From NCBI GenBank assembly GCA_963810095.1, contig CAWEMM010000006.1, forward strand, positions 1,024,001 to 1,088,000: a stretch of 64,000 nt of DNA, in the 5' to 3' direction. Position 1 is the first letter of the stretch. Every line of letters starts with the position of its first letter. The translations under genes and the position numbers were made by a program. Shown one piece after another: positions 31,127 to 42,463 of the stretch. Below the pieces are notes generated by a model that saw nothing but the letters and a program-made list of their open reading frames with translations, searched no databases and was not told the origin of the DNA. The stretch is from an uncultured Chloroflexia bacterium (GTDB lineage Bacteria; Chloroflexota; Anaerolineae; CG2-30-64-16).

Positions 31127-33692
31127 TCGCTCCTCAACGCCTCCGCCGCGGCCATGCGGCCCAAGCGGATCGCGGGGTACACGCCCGCCAGCAGCGCCGC
31201 GACGACCGCCAAGGCCAACGCCTGAAGAAACACCAGCGGGTCGGGGAACAACTGCATTGTCCAGCCGAACGAGCGCCGGTTGATGATGAAGATCAGCACG
31301 ATGGCGAGCGCGAGCCCGGTGGGCATTGCGAGGATGCCGGCCACGCCGCCCATCAGCCCGGTTTCCAGGAAAACCAGCCCTCGCAACTGCTGCACCGTGA
31401 GCCCGACCGCTCGCATCAGGCCCATCTCCCGCGCCCGTTCAAGCTGCAGCGAGAGCAGCGCGGACAGGACACCGATAAACGCCACGATGGCGGCGAGCAA
31501 CTGGAGGGCGCCGGTGATGGCAAACGCCCGGTCGAAGACGGCCATGGCATCGCTCCGCAGCACGGCGTTGGGGCGAACGATGACGCCCTGGATCCCTGCC
31601 AATGCGCTCCGCAGGTCGCGCACGGTCTGGTCGACGCTGCCCCCCGGCTTAAGCACCAGCAGCCCGGCCGTCACGGTCTGGTCATTCCAGTTCTGCCGGT
31701 ACAGGTCCAGTCCCATCATGACCGTGCCGCCGCTGTTCGAATAGTCCCGGTAAATGCCCGCTACCGGAAAAGTCTTGACCCCGTGGTCGGTGAACAGCGT
31801 GACCGTTGCGCCCTTCGCGGGCAAGTTCAGCCGGTTTGCGAGGGGCTCGCTCGCCAACACGGCCCCCTTCGCGACCGCCACGCGAACCTGCTCGCGACTC
31901 CCATCGGTGGAGACGAAGATGCGCGGCGCGGTGAAATCTTCGTCCGACACCGCCGTGACCGCGATCGGGCCGGTGGGCGACTGAACATCCGTCGAGCGAA
32001 GGATATCCCACCGCTGCGCGCCCGGCCACGTCTCCAGCACCTGCACCACACGCGGATCGAGCGGCTGGGCGCTGCGATTGGCCGCCAGCGCGGGCGCCGA
32101 GACATAGACGTCGCCCCACAGGGTCTGCCCCAGCCAACTGACGACCGTGGAGCGGAAGCTCCCGACCATGAGCCCTACACCGATCACGACGGAGACGGCT
32201 ACCATGAGCGCGGCAATAGCGACCGCGGTGCGGCTAAGCGCCCCGGTGACGCTGCGGGGTGCAAGGCGGCCGGGCGGCCCAAAAAGCGCATTCGCCGGAC
32301 GCAGTACCAAGCGGCTGATCACGACGGTGGTCAGCGGCGCCAGCAGGGCGAAACCGATGGTCAGGAGGAACAGGCCGGCAAAGCTGATTTCCAACGACCG
32401 GGTGGGCGCAAGCAGCAAGCCGGTGCCCCCGGCAATCGCGACGAAGCCCCCGAGCGACAGCAGCGGCAGCAGGCGCCGGGCCCGGTCTTCGAGCCCCGAC
32501 CGGGTGAGGGCCAGCCGGGGCGGCACGGTAGAGGCCTCCCACGCGGGCAGCGCGGCAGACGCCAGGGTGGCAGCCAGCCCCGCCAGCCCGCCCTTCACGA
32601 GGCTCTCGGGCGGGATGACGATGCCGCGCACCGTCACGACGAAGTACAGGTCGTTGATCGTCTGCGTAACCAGCCGCACTGCGCCCTGTCCCAGCAGGAT
32701 ACCGAGCCCGATGCCCAGCAGCGACCCGAGAAGGCCGATCACGGCTGCCTCACCCAAGACGAGCCGGGCAATTTCGCCGCGGGTGACGCCGAGCGAGCGC
32801 AAGGTGCCAAACAGCGGGCGGCGCTGTACGACGGAGAAGGTCATGCTGTTGTAGATGAGGAACATGCCGACGACGAGGGCCAGCAGACTCAGCGCGGTGA
32901 GGTTCGTGCGAAAAGCGGTCGTCATTTGCTCCACCGCACCCATGCGGGCAGAGACGGTTTGCAGACGGGCATCCGCGGGCAGCAGGTTGCCGATCGATTG
33001 CAGAAGTTGCCGGTCGCCCGCCGGTACGATCAAATCGACGTGGCTGAGCTTCCCGGCCTGCCCCAGGGCCTCCTGAGCCGTCGCAATATCGGCGAGGATG
33101 ACGCCGTCGAGCGCACGCTGCGCAAGGCGATCGTTCGGCCTAAGCAAGCCCGCGACGAAAGCAGCCGACGTGCGGCCAGACGCGTCAGCTCGACGCGGTC
33201 GCCCAGTCGCAACCCATAATCCGCCGCCAGCCCTTCGGAAATGAGGATTGCGCCGGGGCGGGTGAGAAAGACCACCAACTGGCTCACGTCTACGGGGTTC
33301 GCAATAGAACCGGCTTGCTCGGCGACCAGGTACGAGCGGAAAGGCGCCTCGACGAACGGATCGACGCCGAGCAGCTGTATGGGCCGGCCGCCCAGCTGGG
33401 GCGAAGTGATGTAGTCGGCGACGACGGGCGCGCTGGGCACGGGCAGACCGGACAGGCGCAGCCGGGTGTAGACGCTCTCGTCCAGCCCGGCCGGTCCGCC
33501 GACAATCTGGTGCGTGGCTTTGCCGGCGATCGAGGCGGTGCTGAGATCGAAGGCACGGCTGGCCGCGTTGTTCGCCAGGTCAATCGCCACCATGACGCTG
33601 ACACCCAGCATGATGCCGACGATCATCAGTACGGTTTGCCATGGGTGAAGCACGAGGTAGCGCCACCCGACGTTGAACAGGGTCCTGCTCAT
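31123..33692 (-). CDS. FtsX/MacB-like ABC transporter permease, duplicated architecture (apparent frameshift near 33185)
   Basis: Two MacB_PCD+FtsX halves; GTLRSLGVT and GLMRAVGLT motifs; ORFs 33030-33824 and 31123-33147 join with one base. Confidence 0.88.
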
Positions 33693-34501
33693 CCTGGCAG
33701 GCTCACGTGCGGCTGCGGTTGGGCCGGCGTGGTAGGCCCGGCAGAGGCAGTGGTGAGGCCCGGCTGAAATGACGCGTCGTACTGCAGCTTGCCGTCGTGG
33801 AGTTGGAAGACCCGGTCGGCCCACCCGGCCGACTCGGCGCTGTGCGTCACCATGATCAGGTTCTTGCCGGCCTGCCGGGTCAGCCGGTCCAACAACGCCA
33901 GCACGGACTCGCCCGTGTTTTCGTCCAGGTTGCCGGTCGGCTCGTCTGCGAGCACCAGCCGCGGGTCGTGCACGAGGGCGCGGGCGATCGCGATGCGCTG
34001 CTGCTCCCCGCCCGACAGCTTGTCGGGGTATGTTCCCGCCCGGTCGAGCAGTCCGACCGCGTCGAGCAGCGGTTCCGCGGCTCGCCGGGCGCCTTTCGTC
34101 GTCGCGCCGTTCAATTCGACCGGCAGCGTCACGTTTTCGAGCACGGTCAGAGTCGGGATCAGGTTGAAGAACTGAAAGACGAACCCGATGTGCTTCCGTC
34201 GGAACAGCGTGCGGTCGCGCTCGCTCATTGTGGTCAGTTCTTGGCCGGCGATCCAGACCTCTCCGCCGTCGGGCCGGTCAATGCCGCTGATCACGTTCAA
34301 TAATGTGCTCTTTCCGCTGCCGCTCCGGCCGAGGAGCGCGACGAACTCACCCTGCCGGAACGACGCCGACGCCTCGTGCAGCACAATCCGCCGCCGGTCG
34401 CCTTCCTGATACGTCTTCGACAGGTTTACGAGCCGGATCGATGGCGCTTCCCCGGCGGACGGTTGCCCAAGCGGCTGGCGCTTCGCCCCAAACAAGCCCA
34501 T
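33689..34501 (-). CDS. ABC transporter ATP-binding protein (LolD/MacB-like)
   Basis: [30 protein letters not shown]. Confidence 0.95.
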   Translation of the reverse strand: MGLFGAKRQPLGQPSAGEAPSIRLVNLSKTYQEGDRRRIVLHEASASFRQGEFVALLGRSGSGKSTLLNVISGIDRPDGGEVWIAGQELTTMSERDRTLFRRKHIGFVFQFFNLIPTLTVLENVTLPVELNGATTKGARRAAEPLLDAVGLLDRAGTYPDKLSGGEQQRIAIARALVHDPRLVLADEPTGNLDENTGESVLALLDRLTRQAGKNLIMVTHSAESAGWADRVFQLHDGKLQYDASFQPGLTTASAGPTTPAQPQPHVSLPG

Positions 34502-34617
34502 ACTCATTCCCTCGATACAAAACGATTCGCCCGTGACGGCGGTTCTCTTTGTGGTAAGTATAACGGATAGGTGGAACCGAGGCGGTAAGGATAACACCGA
34601 TTAGACAAAGGGTAGAC

Positions 34618-34657
34618 AAAAAAGCAGGCACCTGGTTCCGGGCGGAACCAGATGCCT
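34618..34657 (-). terminator. Terminator after iorB
   Basis: AGGCA.CTGGTTCC/GGAACCAG.TGCCT hairpin followed by a T-tract on the minus strand. Confidence 0.7.
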
Positions 34658-34677
34658 TAGTTATCGCTCGCTATGGG

Positions 34678-35298
34678 CTAGCGAACTCGCTGGCGCACGG
34701 CTTCCCGGCCGGCCGTAAACGCCTGGCGGTTAAGCTCGAGATACTTTGCCGGCACGCGCTGAGCAATCTCGGCGAGCCACGCATCGCTCGCCAGCCCGGG
34801 CGCGAGGCCCTCTTGTTCGACAAGCGCCGAGAGTGCGCCGAGCAGGACCACGTTGGCCGCCTTGGCATTACCCAGCGCACCCGCAATCCGCTCGCCGTCG
34901 ATGTACACGGCTTTGGACGTCACCTGCTCAACCGCTTTGCGCAGGTGATCGTCGTCCGGGTAGCTCTGGCCGCCCGAGGTCACCGTGACCGGCTCGATCG
35001 CCTGCATGTTGACGACGGTCAGCGCATCGCGGCGCAGCTGCCCGAGATTGCGCAGCGTCTCGGCCTTCTCGAACGACAGATAGACGTCTACCTCGCCCGC
35101 GCCCACCAGCGGCGAGAAGACTACCTTGCCCCAGCGGACGAAGCTCGTCACGCTGCCGCCCCGCTGCGACATTCCATGCACCTCAGCCTGCTTCGCCTGG
35201 TAGCCCGCTCGCACGCCCACATTCACCAGCACGTCGCTCGCCAGGATCGTGCCCTGGCCGCCCACGCCTGCCAGGAGGAAGTTGATGGTCTCTTTCAT
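34678..35298 (-). CDS. iorB: Indolepyruvate:ferredoxin oxidoreductase beta subunit
   Basis: AGVGGQGTILAS, EVHGMSQRGGSV, NVVLLGAL, LNRQAF; AGGAGG RBS. Confidence 0.93.
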   Translation of the reverse strand: MKETINFLLAGVGGQGTILASDVLVNVGVRAGYQAKQAEVHGMSQRGGSVTSFVRWGKVVFSPLVGAGEVDVYLSFEKAETLRNLGQLRRDALTVVNMQAIEPVTVTSGGQSYPDDDHLRKAVEQVTSKAVYIDGERIAGALGNAKAANVVLLGALSALVEQEGLAPGLASDAWLAEIAQRVPAKYLELNRQAFTAGREAVRQRVR

Positions 35299-35309
35299 CG
35301 TGGCCCTCC

Positions 35310-37099
35310 TTAATTCATGGACGCGCGGAACTTGATCGCGTCGCGGGGGCAAACTTGCGCGCAGACCTCGCAGCCGGTGCACAGGCTTGCGTCGATCAGC
35401 GCCTTGGGCCGCTGAGTCTTCTCGTCCAGCTCGTCGCTCTTCAGGATGGCCGGGCAGCCGATGCGGAAGCACAAGGTGCAGCCGTTGCACGCGTCGTCTA
35501 TCACCTCCAGCGGCACCCAGCGCTTGCGTGCCGCGGGCAGCAGTGCGCACTCCTCACGGGTGATGAGCACGGCCGGCTCATCCAGCTTCAGGTACGCCTT
35601 CAGCGTCTTCTCGATCTCGTCGATCTCGAAGGCGGGCACGGTCTTCACGTGCTGGATGCCGCATGCACGCACCAGCGGCTCGATCTCGATGACGGGCGCA
35701 TCCTGGCCCTGCAGTGTGTGGCCCGTGCCCGGGTTTTCCTGGTGCCCCGTCATGCCGGTCACCCGGTTGTCCATGATGATCGTCACGATGGGCGAGCGGT
35801 TGTACGCCGCATTGATGAGCGCAGGGATGCCGGTATGGAAAAAGGTCGAGTCGCCCAGCACTGCAACGTGGTGCTCGGGGCTGCCGGCCTTCGCCGCACC
35901 GTGGGCCTGGCCAATGCTCGAGCCCATGGCACCGCACGAGTGAATCGCACTGAGCGGCGGGATCATGCCGAGGGTATAGCAGCCGATATCGCCGTTAACC
36001 GGCACTTTCAGCTTGTTAAGCACGTAGAACGCGCCGCGGTGCGGGCAGCCGGGGCAGAGCACAGGCGGACGTGCCGGCAGGGGCCCGGTGTCGACGCTGA
36101 CCAGCGGCACCCGCGCCGACTCGGGCAGCAAACCGGCCGCGATGGCCGCTTCCCGCACCACTTTCGGGTCGAACTCGCCTATGAGGGGGAAGATGCTCTT
36201 CCCCTCGCACTCGACGCCAAGCAGCCGGATTGCATTTTCGATGAACGGATCGAGCTCTTCGATTACGATCAACCGGTCGACGGACGCGGCGAAGTCGCGG
36301 ATCATCTGCTCGGGCAGCGGCCAGGACATGCCGAGCTTGAGCACCGACGCGGTCGGAAAAATCTCTTTTGCGTACTGGTAGGAAACGCCGGCAGTGACGA
36401 TTCCGAGGGCTGAGTCGCCGGCTTCGATGCGGTTGAAAGGGTACGTCTCTGCGAAACGCGCCGATCTCGCGGATACGCCGCTCGATCACCGGATGCCGCG
36501 CCCGGGCGTTCCCGGGCACCATGACGTACTTGGCGGGGTTGCGCGGGAACTTCTCGACTTTCGCCGGGCGTTCCTGGCGCTCGCCCAGCTCCACGGCACT
36601 GGTAGAGTGGCAAATGCGGGTGGTCATGCGGAGCAGGACGGGGGTATCGAAACGCTCGCTCAACTCGAAGGCCGCCACCGTCATGTCCTTCGCTTCCTGG
36701 CTGTCGCTCGGCTCCAGGCAAGGGATGCGGGCGAAAGCGGCAAAGGTGCGATTGTCCTGCTCGTTCTGGCTCGAATGCATCGCGGGATCGTCGGCCGAGA
36801 CGATCAGGAGCCCGGCCTCCGCGCCCGTCATCGAGGCATACATGAACGCGTCGGCCGCGACGTTGAGCCCTACGTGCTTCATGGTCGCCAGTGCGCGCCG
36901 GCCGACGTAGGCCGCGCCGATTGCCACGTCAAGCGCAACCTTCTCGTTGGTGGCCCACTCGGCATAGACGTTGGGAAAACGCGCCAATTCTTCGAGAATT
37001 TCCGTGCTTGGCGTGCCAGGGTAGGCGGAGGCGACGGCCACGCCCGCCTCCCATGCGCCGCGCGCTGACGGCTTCGTCGCCGGAGAGCAATCGGATCAC
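35310..37099 (-). CDS. iorA: Indolepyruvate:ferredoxin oxidoreductase alpha subunit (apparent frameshifts near 37067 and 36455)
   Basis: LSGDEA, YPGTPSTE, NEKVA, MKHVGLNVAAD, RPPVLCPGCPHR, GDIGCY, GDSTFFH, two C-terminal 4Fe-4S motifs. Confidence 0.93.
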
Positions 37100-37149
37100 T
37101 TTCTAAACCTCCATCAGAAGTCGAGCTGACAGTCGCGGCAGAGCAATCA

Positions 37150-37182
37150 AGACCTCCGAGCTGCCTGAGACCTCGGAGGTCT
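37150..37182. repeat. REP-like palindrome, family C
   Basis: AGACCTCCGAG...CTCGGAGGTCT. Confidence 0.7.
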
Positions 37183-37187
37183 CCAAG

Positions 37188-38075
37188 TCAATGTACCGCT
37201 TCCTCCCGGTACGGGCCATGACGTGCGTCAGCCTCGCGGAGGAAGTCGAGCACGACCTGGTTGTAGAAGGCCGGGTTGCCGACGTGCATGGCGTGCGAGG
37301 CGCCGGGTATGATCACCGGGCCCTGAGCGTTGGGCAAGCACTTGGCCAGGTCGTCGGTGATGAGGCGGAATACGGGCGGGCTCAGTTCGCCCTTGCACAG
37401 CAGCACCGGCCGGCGAAGGGCTTGCGCGTCGTTGCACGTAAACGCGGGAAAGTACGCTTCGCCCGCCCGCGTTTCGGCCTCCATTTCGGCCGCGTTGTCC
37501 ATGATTGACTGGCGCCCGCGCTGGCCCAGGTGCTCGAACGTGGGCCGCCCCATCACGGCATCCAGGAAGAGGCGCACGCCGTCTTCCGGCCGGTCCGCTC
37601 GAAACGCCTGTTGCGCCGGATACCACGCCTCGTCCAGGAACTTCTGCCAGTACACCTTGCCGCCGGGAATGTAGACGAGCCACGGGAGAAGCGGCGGCTC
37701 GCCCAGCACGAGGCTGCGGACCCACTCAGGACGCTGCGCGGCCATGCAGAGCCCGACGTTGCCGCCCCACGAGGAGGTGACCAGGTGGACCGGTCCGCCG
37801 GCCACTTCTCGGACGAACGCCGCGAGGTCCGCGGCATGCAGTTCGGCGGCATACTCCAGGTTGGCCGGGTCCCAGGCGTTGGGATAGTGATAGCGCCGGC
37901 TCAGCGCGAGGACGCGATAGCGCCGGCTGAAGGGCTCGAGCTGAAAGCGCCACGAACGATAGTCGTCGAGGCTGCCGTGCACGAAGACGACGGTCTCCGG
38001 TCCGCTACCGGCCTCGACATAACTCAGGCTCGCGCCGTTAACCCTCGCGCTCCGGACCTCGTGCGGGCTGCTCAC
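37188..38075 (-). CDS. Alpha/beta fold hydrolase
   Basis: VVFVHG, nucleophile elbow TSSWGG, IPGASH. Confidence 0.88.
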   Translation of the reverse strand: MSSPHEVRSARVNGASLSYVEAGSGPETVVFVHGSLDDYRSWRFQLEPFSRRYRVLALSRRYHYPNAWDPANLEYAAELHAADLAAFVREVAGGPVHLVTSSWGGNVGLCMAAQRPEWVRSLVLGEPPLLPWLVYIPGGKVYWQKFLDEAWYPAQQAFRADRPEDGVRLFLDAVMGRPTFEHLGQRGRQSIMDNAAEMEAETRAGEAYFPAFTCNDAQALRRPVLLCKGELSPPVFRLITDDLAKCLPNAQGPVIIPGASHAMHVGNPAFYNQVVLDFLREADARHGPYREEAVH

Positions 38076-39506
38076 GAGTGGGGCTCACCATTCGGCGGCT
38101 CGACATGGATGACGACCCGGCCCAGGTTGCCCACCTGGTTGCGCAAGAGACTCTCGACCCGCTCGGTCATCGTGTGCGCCTCCGTGATCGGCAGGCTCGA
38201 GTCGACGGTGCAGTGGAAGGTCACCTGCAGCTCGCCCCCCACCCGGCGCACGGTCACGTCGTGCGGTTTGCAGCCCAGCCCGTTCTCGCGCTCGAGGTTC
38301 AGCAAGACGTCGCGCACGTGCTCTTCGTCGGCGGCGGTAGCCTGCTTTGCGCACCAGCACGTCGCTTGTCGGCTCCAGATGGGTCACGACCTGGTCGATC
38401 GAAGGCAGCGTTTTACGCAATGCTTCCTCGAAGGCGCTCGCCCGCTCGTGGGCCTGCTCCACCGTCAGCCCGTCGCTGACCTCCAGGTGCAGCTCGAGCA
38501 GGTGCCCGCCGCTTTGCAGATCGTAAATGCGAACGCCGTGCGCCCCCATGCCCCCCTCCGCCGCCAGCATGCGAACAGTGGTCAGCACCCCCTCGTGGTC
38601 CGACTTGACCGGGTCCACCTGGACGACGACGTCTGCGCCTGGCAGGACCTGGCGCACGGCCGATTCGGCGGCGACGGCGATCTCGTGCGTCTTCTCGAGC
38701 GGCGTGTCCCGCGCCACGGTCAGGCGGACGTCGGCGAAGCTCTCCGGGCCCGACCGCCGCACGCGCACGCGCCGCACCTCCAGGACGCCGGGCACGCGCA
38801 CTGCGCGGACGACGTCGTCGCGCACGGACGCCGGCACGCCGTCAAGCAGCGCGGCAATCGTGCGGCCGCCCAGTTGCATGCTCACGTAGACGACAATCCC
38901 CGCGACGATCAGCGCCGCGATGGCGTCGGCCTTGGCAAGCGCAGGAATCCCGAGCCGCTCGGAGAGCCAAACCAGGCCCAGGCCGACGATGACCACGGCG
39001 GACGACCAGATGTCGGTGGAAAAGTGCAGTGCGTCCGCTTCGAGCGCCTGGCTGTCATACTTCTTGGCAGTGCGATAAAGCATCCGGGACCGCGTGAAGT
39101 CGATGACGATCGCCACGCCCATCACGATGAAGGCCCAAATGTTCACCTCAACCTGAACTTCCTCGAAGAACAACCGTCGGATGGCCTCGTAAATGATCCA
39201 GGCACACGTGACGAGCAGCAGCACCGTTTCGAACAGCGCCGAGAGGTTCTCGACCTTGCCGTGTCCATAAGTGTGCTCTTTGTCGGCGGGCCGGCCGGAG
39301 ACGCGCACGGCAAACAGGGTCACGGCGGCCGCCACCAAGTCAAGCCCGCTGTGAGCGACCTCGGCGAGGATGCCCAAGCTGCCGGTGCTCAGGCCGACCA
39401 CGAGCTTGAACAAGGTCAAGAAAATCGCCGCGATGACTGAACTCAGCGCCGCCGAGTGCTTCTCGTGCGCTGCAACGGCGTCGTTGCTGTGAGGCATCAC
39501 CGTCAT
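38072..39506 (-). CDS. Cation diffusion facilitator transporter with three C-terminal ZT_dimer domains (apparent frameshift near 38340)
   Basis: HSGLD, HTYGHGKVE, ALEADALHFSTD; three repeats of L....AH.....E.....VV.H/Q.EP/DP. Confidence 0.9.
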
Positions 39507-39539
39507 TCCTGCTCTTCTCCTCTGCCACGCCCGGCGTGG

Positions 39540-41510
39540 TCAGGTCAGTTCGATGATCCTGACTTGCGCGGGCCCCAATTCGAGTTCGTGGGCCCTCTGG
39601 GGCGCAGCGTCCCGGCCATTGACCAGGGTCTCCCGGGGAACCCGCTCGGTCTCTTCGATTACGAATCGGACGCTGTGGGGGTTGCTCATGTCGCTGTTGC
39701 AGACGACCAGCACCCGCCGGCTCCCCGGGCGGCCGCGCAGGAAAGCGATCACATGCGGGTCGCTCGTCTCTACCCGGCAAATCGACTCGGGCGACGGGTC
39801 CTCGACCGTGTCGCTGTACTGCCCGCGGCGCGCCATGACTGCCTTCAACTCGGCCACCAGGTTGGGTTCCCGCGTCCAGTCATAAAACGCCGCGCTGAAC
39901 AGCGGCAGCACGGCGGCCGGCAGTTGCGCCAGTCGATCTTGCGAGAAGTCGAACCCCGTGTTGACCGGCAGGGTCTCGGCCAGCTCGAGCCCGCCGTGAA
40001 TGTAGGGCACGGACGGCAGCAGCGCGCCGATCGTCATTGCGTAGATCGCGTAGTCAAGGCCGCCGGGCCACGTCACGGCCCGGGGCGTATTGTGGTTCTC
40101 CGGCGTCGCCATAAACGGCACCGGGATACCGGTCACGTGCAGGATATCCAGCCACCGACCGAAGGCGAGCGGATCTCGGACGGTTTGCATGAACGGCCCA
40201 AGGCAGACGTTGTACCCCTCCGCCCGGCTGCTAGCCCGCAGGTCAAAGTCCTCGGCCCACAGCGCGAAGTCCTCGTTCAACTCTCGCGCTCGGGCCACGA
40301 GCCTCTGTTTTAGTGCGACCGGCAGCGCGTGCCCCATGTCGATCATAACGCCGTCGATGTCGAACGCGCGCTGGTAATGGGGGATCACCTCGACGATCTT
40401 GTCCCACAGCCCGAAGACCGCGTTCTCCGGCCGTGCCAACCGGCCGTCATAAATCCGCACCGTGTTGTACGCCATGTAGTTGAAATCTGGATCGTCGTAC
40501 AACCGCAGGTAGGTCACGTCGCTCCAGGGCGGCTGGTCCGAATCGGGGGTCCAGTCGGAGAAGGCGCCGGGAATGCGGGCCGCGGTCCTCTCGCCCGTCT
40601 CGGGATCACGGACCCGGCCCACCCAGCCGCCGTCGACCAACTGCACATCCTCCGGCGCGGGAGGCGGCAGAAACATGCGCCGGTAGAGGGGATGCGGCGC
40701 CAGGAGGTCGACGTACTCGCCCGCGCCCACTTGCCGGTAGATCTGCGCCAGTTCGGGCGACGAAAAGAGCGGCGCACCGAAGGCGCCTTCGTCAAGGTTT
40801 CCCGCCTCCCGGTCGGGGACATCAGCGCGAATCCAGTAGAACCACTCGGGATGCTCGCTGGCCCACACCGCATCTTTGGCCGCGGTCCGGAATACGAATT
40901 CGAGGACCACCCGCAGTCCCAGGTGATGCGCGGCCTCGACAAAGCCCGAAAACTCCGCTTCCGCACCGAGGCCCAGGGCGCGCTCACTCAGATTCTCGTC
41001 GAGGGCGTAGGGGTCGCGAATCGCATAGGGACTGCCCAGGTTCCCTTTGTGGCCGTCGCGGCCGATTGCAGTGATGGGGAGGAGATGGACGGTGTTACAC
41101 CCCAGCGACCGGATGAACGGCAGCAAGGTGATCGCCTTCAGGAAGGTACCCGTTTCGCGCCAGCCATCACGGTTCACGCCCGGCCGAAGACGGATATCGC
41201 CCTCGGCCGTATGCGGCCATGCAGCCCCGGCACGAACAAAGAGGTTGTATGCAACGGCGTGCTTGCCCCAGTCACCGGGGCCATCGGCGCCGGTCACGCG
41301 CTCCTGCGCGGGCCTGTCGAGGATGCTCTGCAGCCGGTCTCTGAAGAACGAGTCCGGTACGACGGCCCGTGCACTGGTCGGGCCGTCCGGGTCGACCCAT
41401 AGACCCGGTACCATGTACGGACTGTCGGCTGCAAACCGGCCGTCTTCTTGCCCGTCCGCAATGCGGTCGTTAAGCCGGTTCAGGATGCGCGAAAGAGCGG
41501 GATACTGCAT
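39540..41510 (-). CDS. GH13 alpha-amylase family, maltodextrin glycosyltransferase-like
   Basis: HLLPIT, GSPYAIRD, WSDVTYL, DGVMIDMGHALP, WAEDF, ENHNTPR. Confidence 0.82.
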   Translation of the reverse strand: MQYPALSRILNRLNDRIADGQEDGRFAADSPYMVPGLWVDPDGPTSARAVVPDSFFRDRLQSILDRPAQERVTGADGPGDWGKHAVAYNLFVRAGAAWPHTAEGDIRLRPGVNRDGWRETGTFLKAITLLPFIRSLGCNTVHLLPITAIGRDGHKGNLGSPYAIRDPYALDENLSERALGLGAEAEFSGFVEAAHHLGLRVVLEFVFRTAAKDAVWASEHPEWFYWIRADVPDREAGNLDEGAFGAPLFSSPELAQIYRQVGAGEYVDLLAPHPLYRRMFLPPPAPEDVQLVDGGWVGRVRDPETGERTAARIPGAFSDWTPDSDQPPWSDVTYLRLYDDPDFNYMAYNTVRIYDGRLARPENAVFGLWDKIVEVIPHYQRAFDIDGVMIDMGHALPVALKQRLVARARELNEDFALWAEDFDLRASSRAEGYNVCLGPFMQTVRDPLAFGRWLDILHVTGIPVPFMATPENHNTPRAVTWPGGLDYAIYAMTIGALLPSVPYIHGGLELAETLPVNTGFDFSQDRLAQLPAAVLPLFSAAFYDWTREPNLVAELKAVMARRGQYSDTVEDPSPESICRVETSDPHVIAFLRGRPGSRRVLVVCNSDMSNPHSVRFVIEETERVPRETLVNGRDAAPQRAHELELGPAQVRIIELT

Positions 41511-41547
41511 GGAAACTCGAAACTAGCCGGTCGGACCAGCGCCCGCC

Positions 41548-42270
41548 CTATTGCGGTTGGAGCTTGTCCGCCACGAGGCTCGCCAGGAACATCCGCTCCG
41601 TCCCGTCCCTGAACCGGACGCTGATGCTCATGTCCTTACCGTCCGGCCGGATTTGGGTGATCTCGCCCGCACCGAACTTCTGGTGATACACTTCCATACC
41701 CTCCCGAAAGGCTGGCGGCGGCCCGCTGCGCCGGGCCTCAGGCGCCTGCGAGGCGAGGTTGGCCTGCCTGTCGTACCACATTTCCGCGTAGACGCCGAGC
41801 CTTTCGGGAACGGTCAGCTTGGTCGTGAACTCGCCGGTGCGGCGGCGCGCCTGGCTGAGCAGCGGCATGAGAGCCTGCTTGCGGGCGTGCGGCACCTTGC
41901 CGTTCTGTGCGAGTTGGCCCGCCGCCCGCGACAACCCGCTCTCCAGCCGGCGCAGGGCGTTCCGGGGTTCGTCGTCCGGATCGATGCTGACGAGGATCAC
42001 GCCGTGCTCCCGGCACACGGCTTCACGCGCATCCTCCCGCTCCTGCTCGGACAGGACTTCCTCATCGCTCTTGCGCCGCTTCTGACCCGGGCCCTCGAGG
42101 CCCACGAAGCGAATTGCCAGGTTGATGTCACGATACAGGTAGTCGAGCTTGAGCCGCCGGTTGGTCTCGGGATTGATCAGCCACTCGGGCGATAGGTTGA
42201 GCTCGGCATCGAAGCCTTCGAAGACGCGTGCGAGCACCTCGCGCCAGCCATTGACCAGGTTGGGTTGCAT
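41548..42270 (-). CDS. Hypothetical protein: degenerate Vsr/DUF559-like nuclease fold plus C-terminal PcrA/UvrD-type Tudor domain
   Basis: PEWLINPET.RRLKLD..Y....LAIRF and RE...REAVCREHGVILVSI; C-terminal FREGMEVYHQKFGAGEI...ISVRF..GTER.F. Confidence 0.65.
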   Translation of the reverse strand: MQPNLVNGWREVLARVFEGFDAELNLSPEWLINPETNRRLKLDYLYRDINLAIRFVGLEGPGQKRRKSDEEVLSEQEREDAREAVCREHGVILVSIDPDDEPRNALRRLESGLSRAAGQLAQNGKVPHARKQALMPLLSQARRRTGEFTTKLTVPERLGVYAEMWYDRQANLASQAPEARRSGPPPAFREGMEVYHQKFGAGEITQIRPDGKDMSISVRFRDGTERMFLASLVADKLQPQ

Positions 42271-42415
42271 GTTGTCTCACCGGAACGTAATGAACGTGCG
42301 CCACCCGTCGGCATGCGCACGTCTGCAACGCATCATAGCACGGCTGAGAGGCAGTGTCAAAGCGAATTCGGTGCAGCACCTTTGTTGGGCGCAGGGTAGC
42401 CGTACGAGTCCGGTT

Positions 42416-42441
42416 CCTCGAGTCCTTGTGTCTTTGTGGTG
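42416..42441. repeat. Half copy of REP-like family A
   Basis: CCTTGTGTCTTTGTGGTG right arm only. Confidence 0.5.
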
Positions 42442-42463
42442 AACCTCCTATAATCACGCTAGC

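Noticed and set aside
30742-33219. 825-aa plus-strand ORF and other long antisense ORFs (e.g. 10953-12878, 37530-39440, 17744-19114)
   Set aside because: Shadow ORFs opposite well-supported genes in GC-rich DNA, with Arg/Gly/His-rich composition and no recognisable motifs
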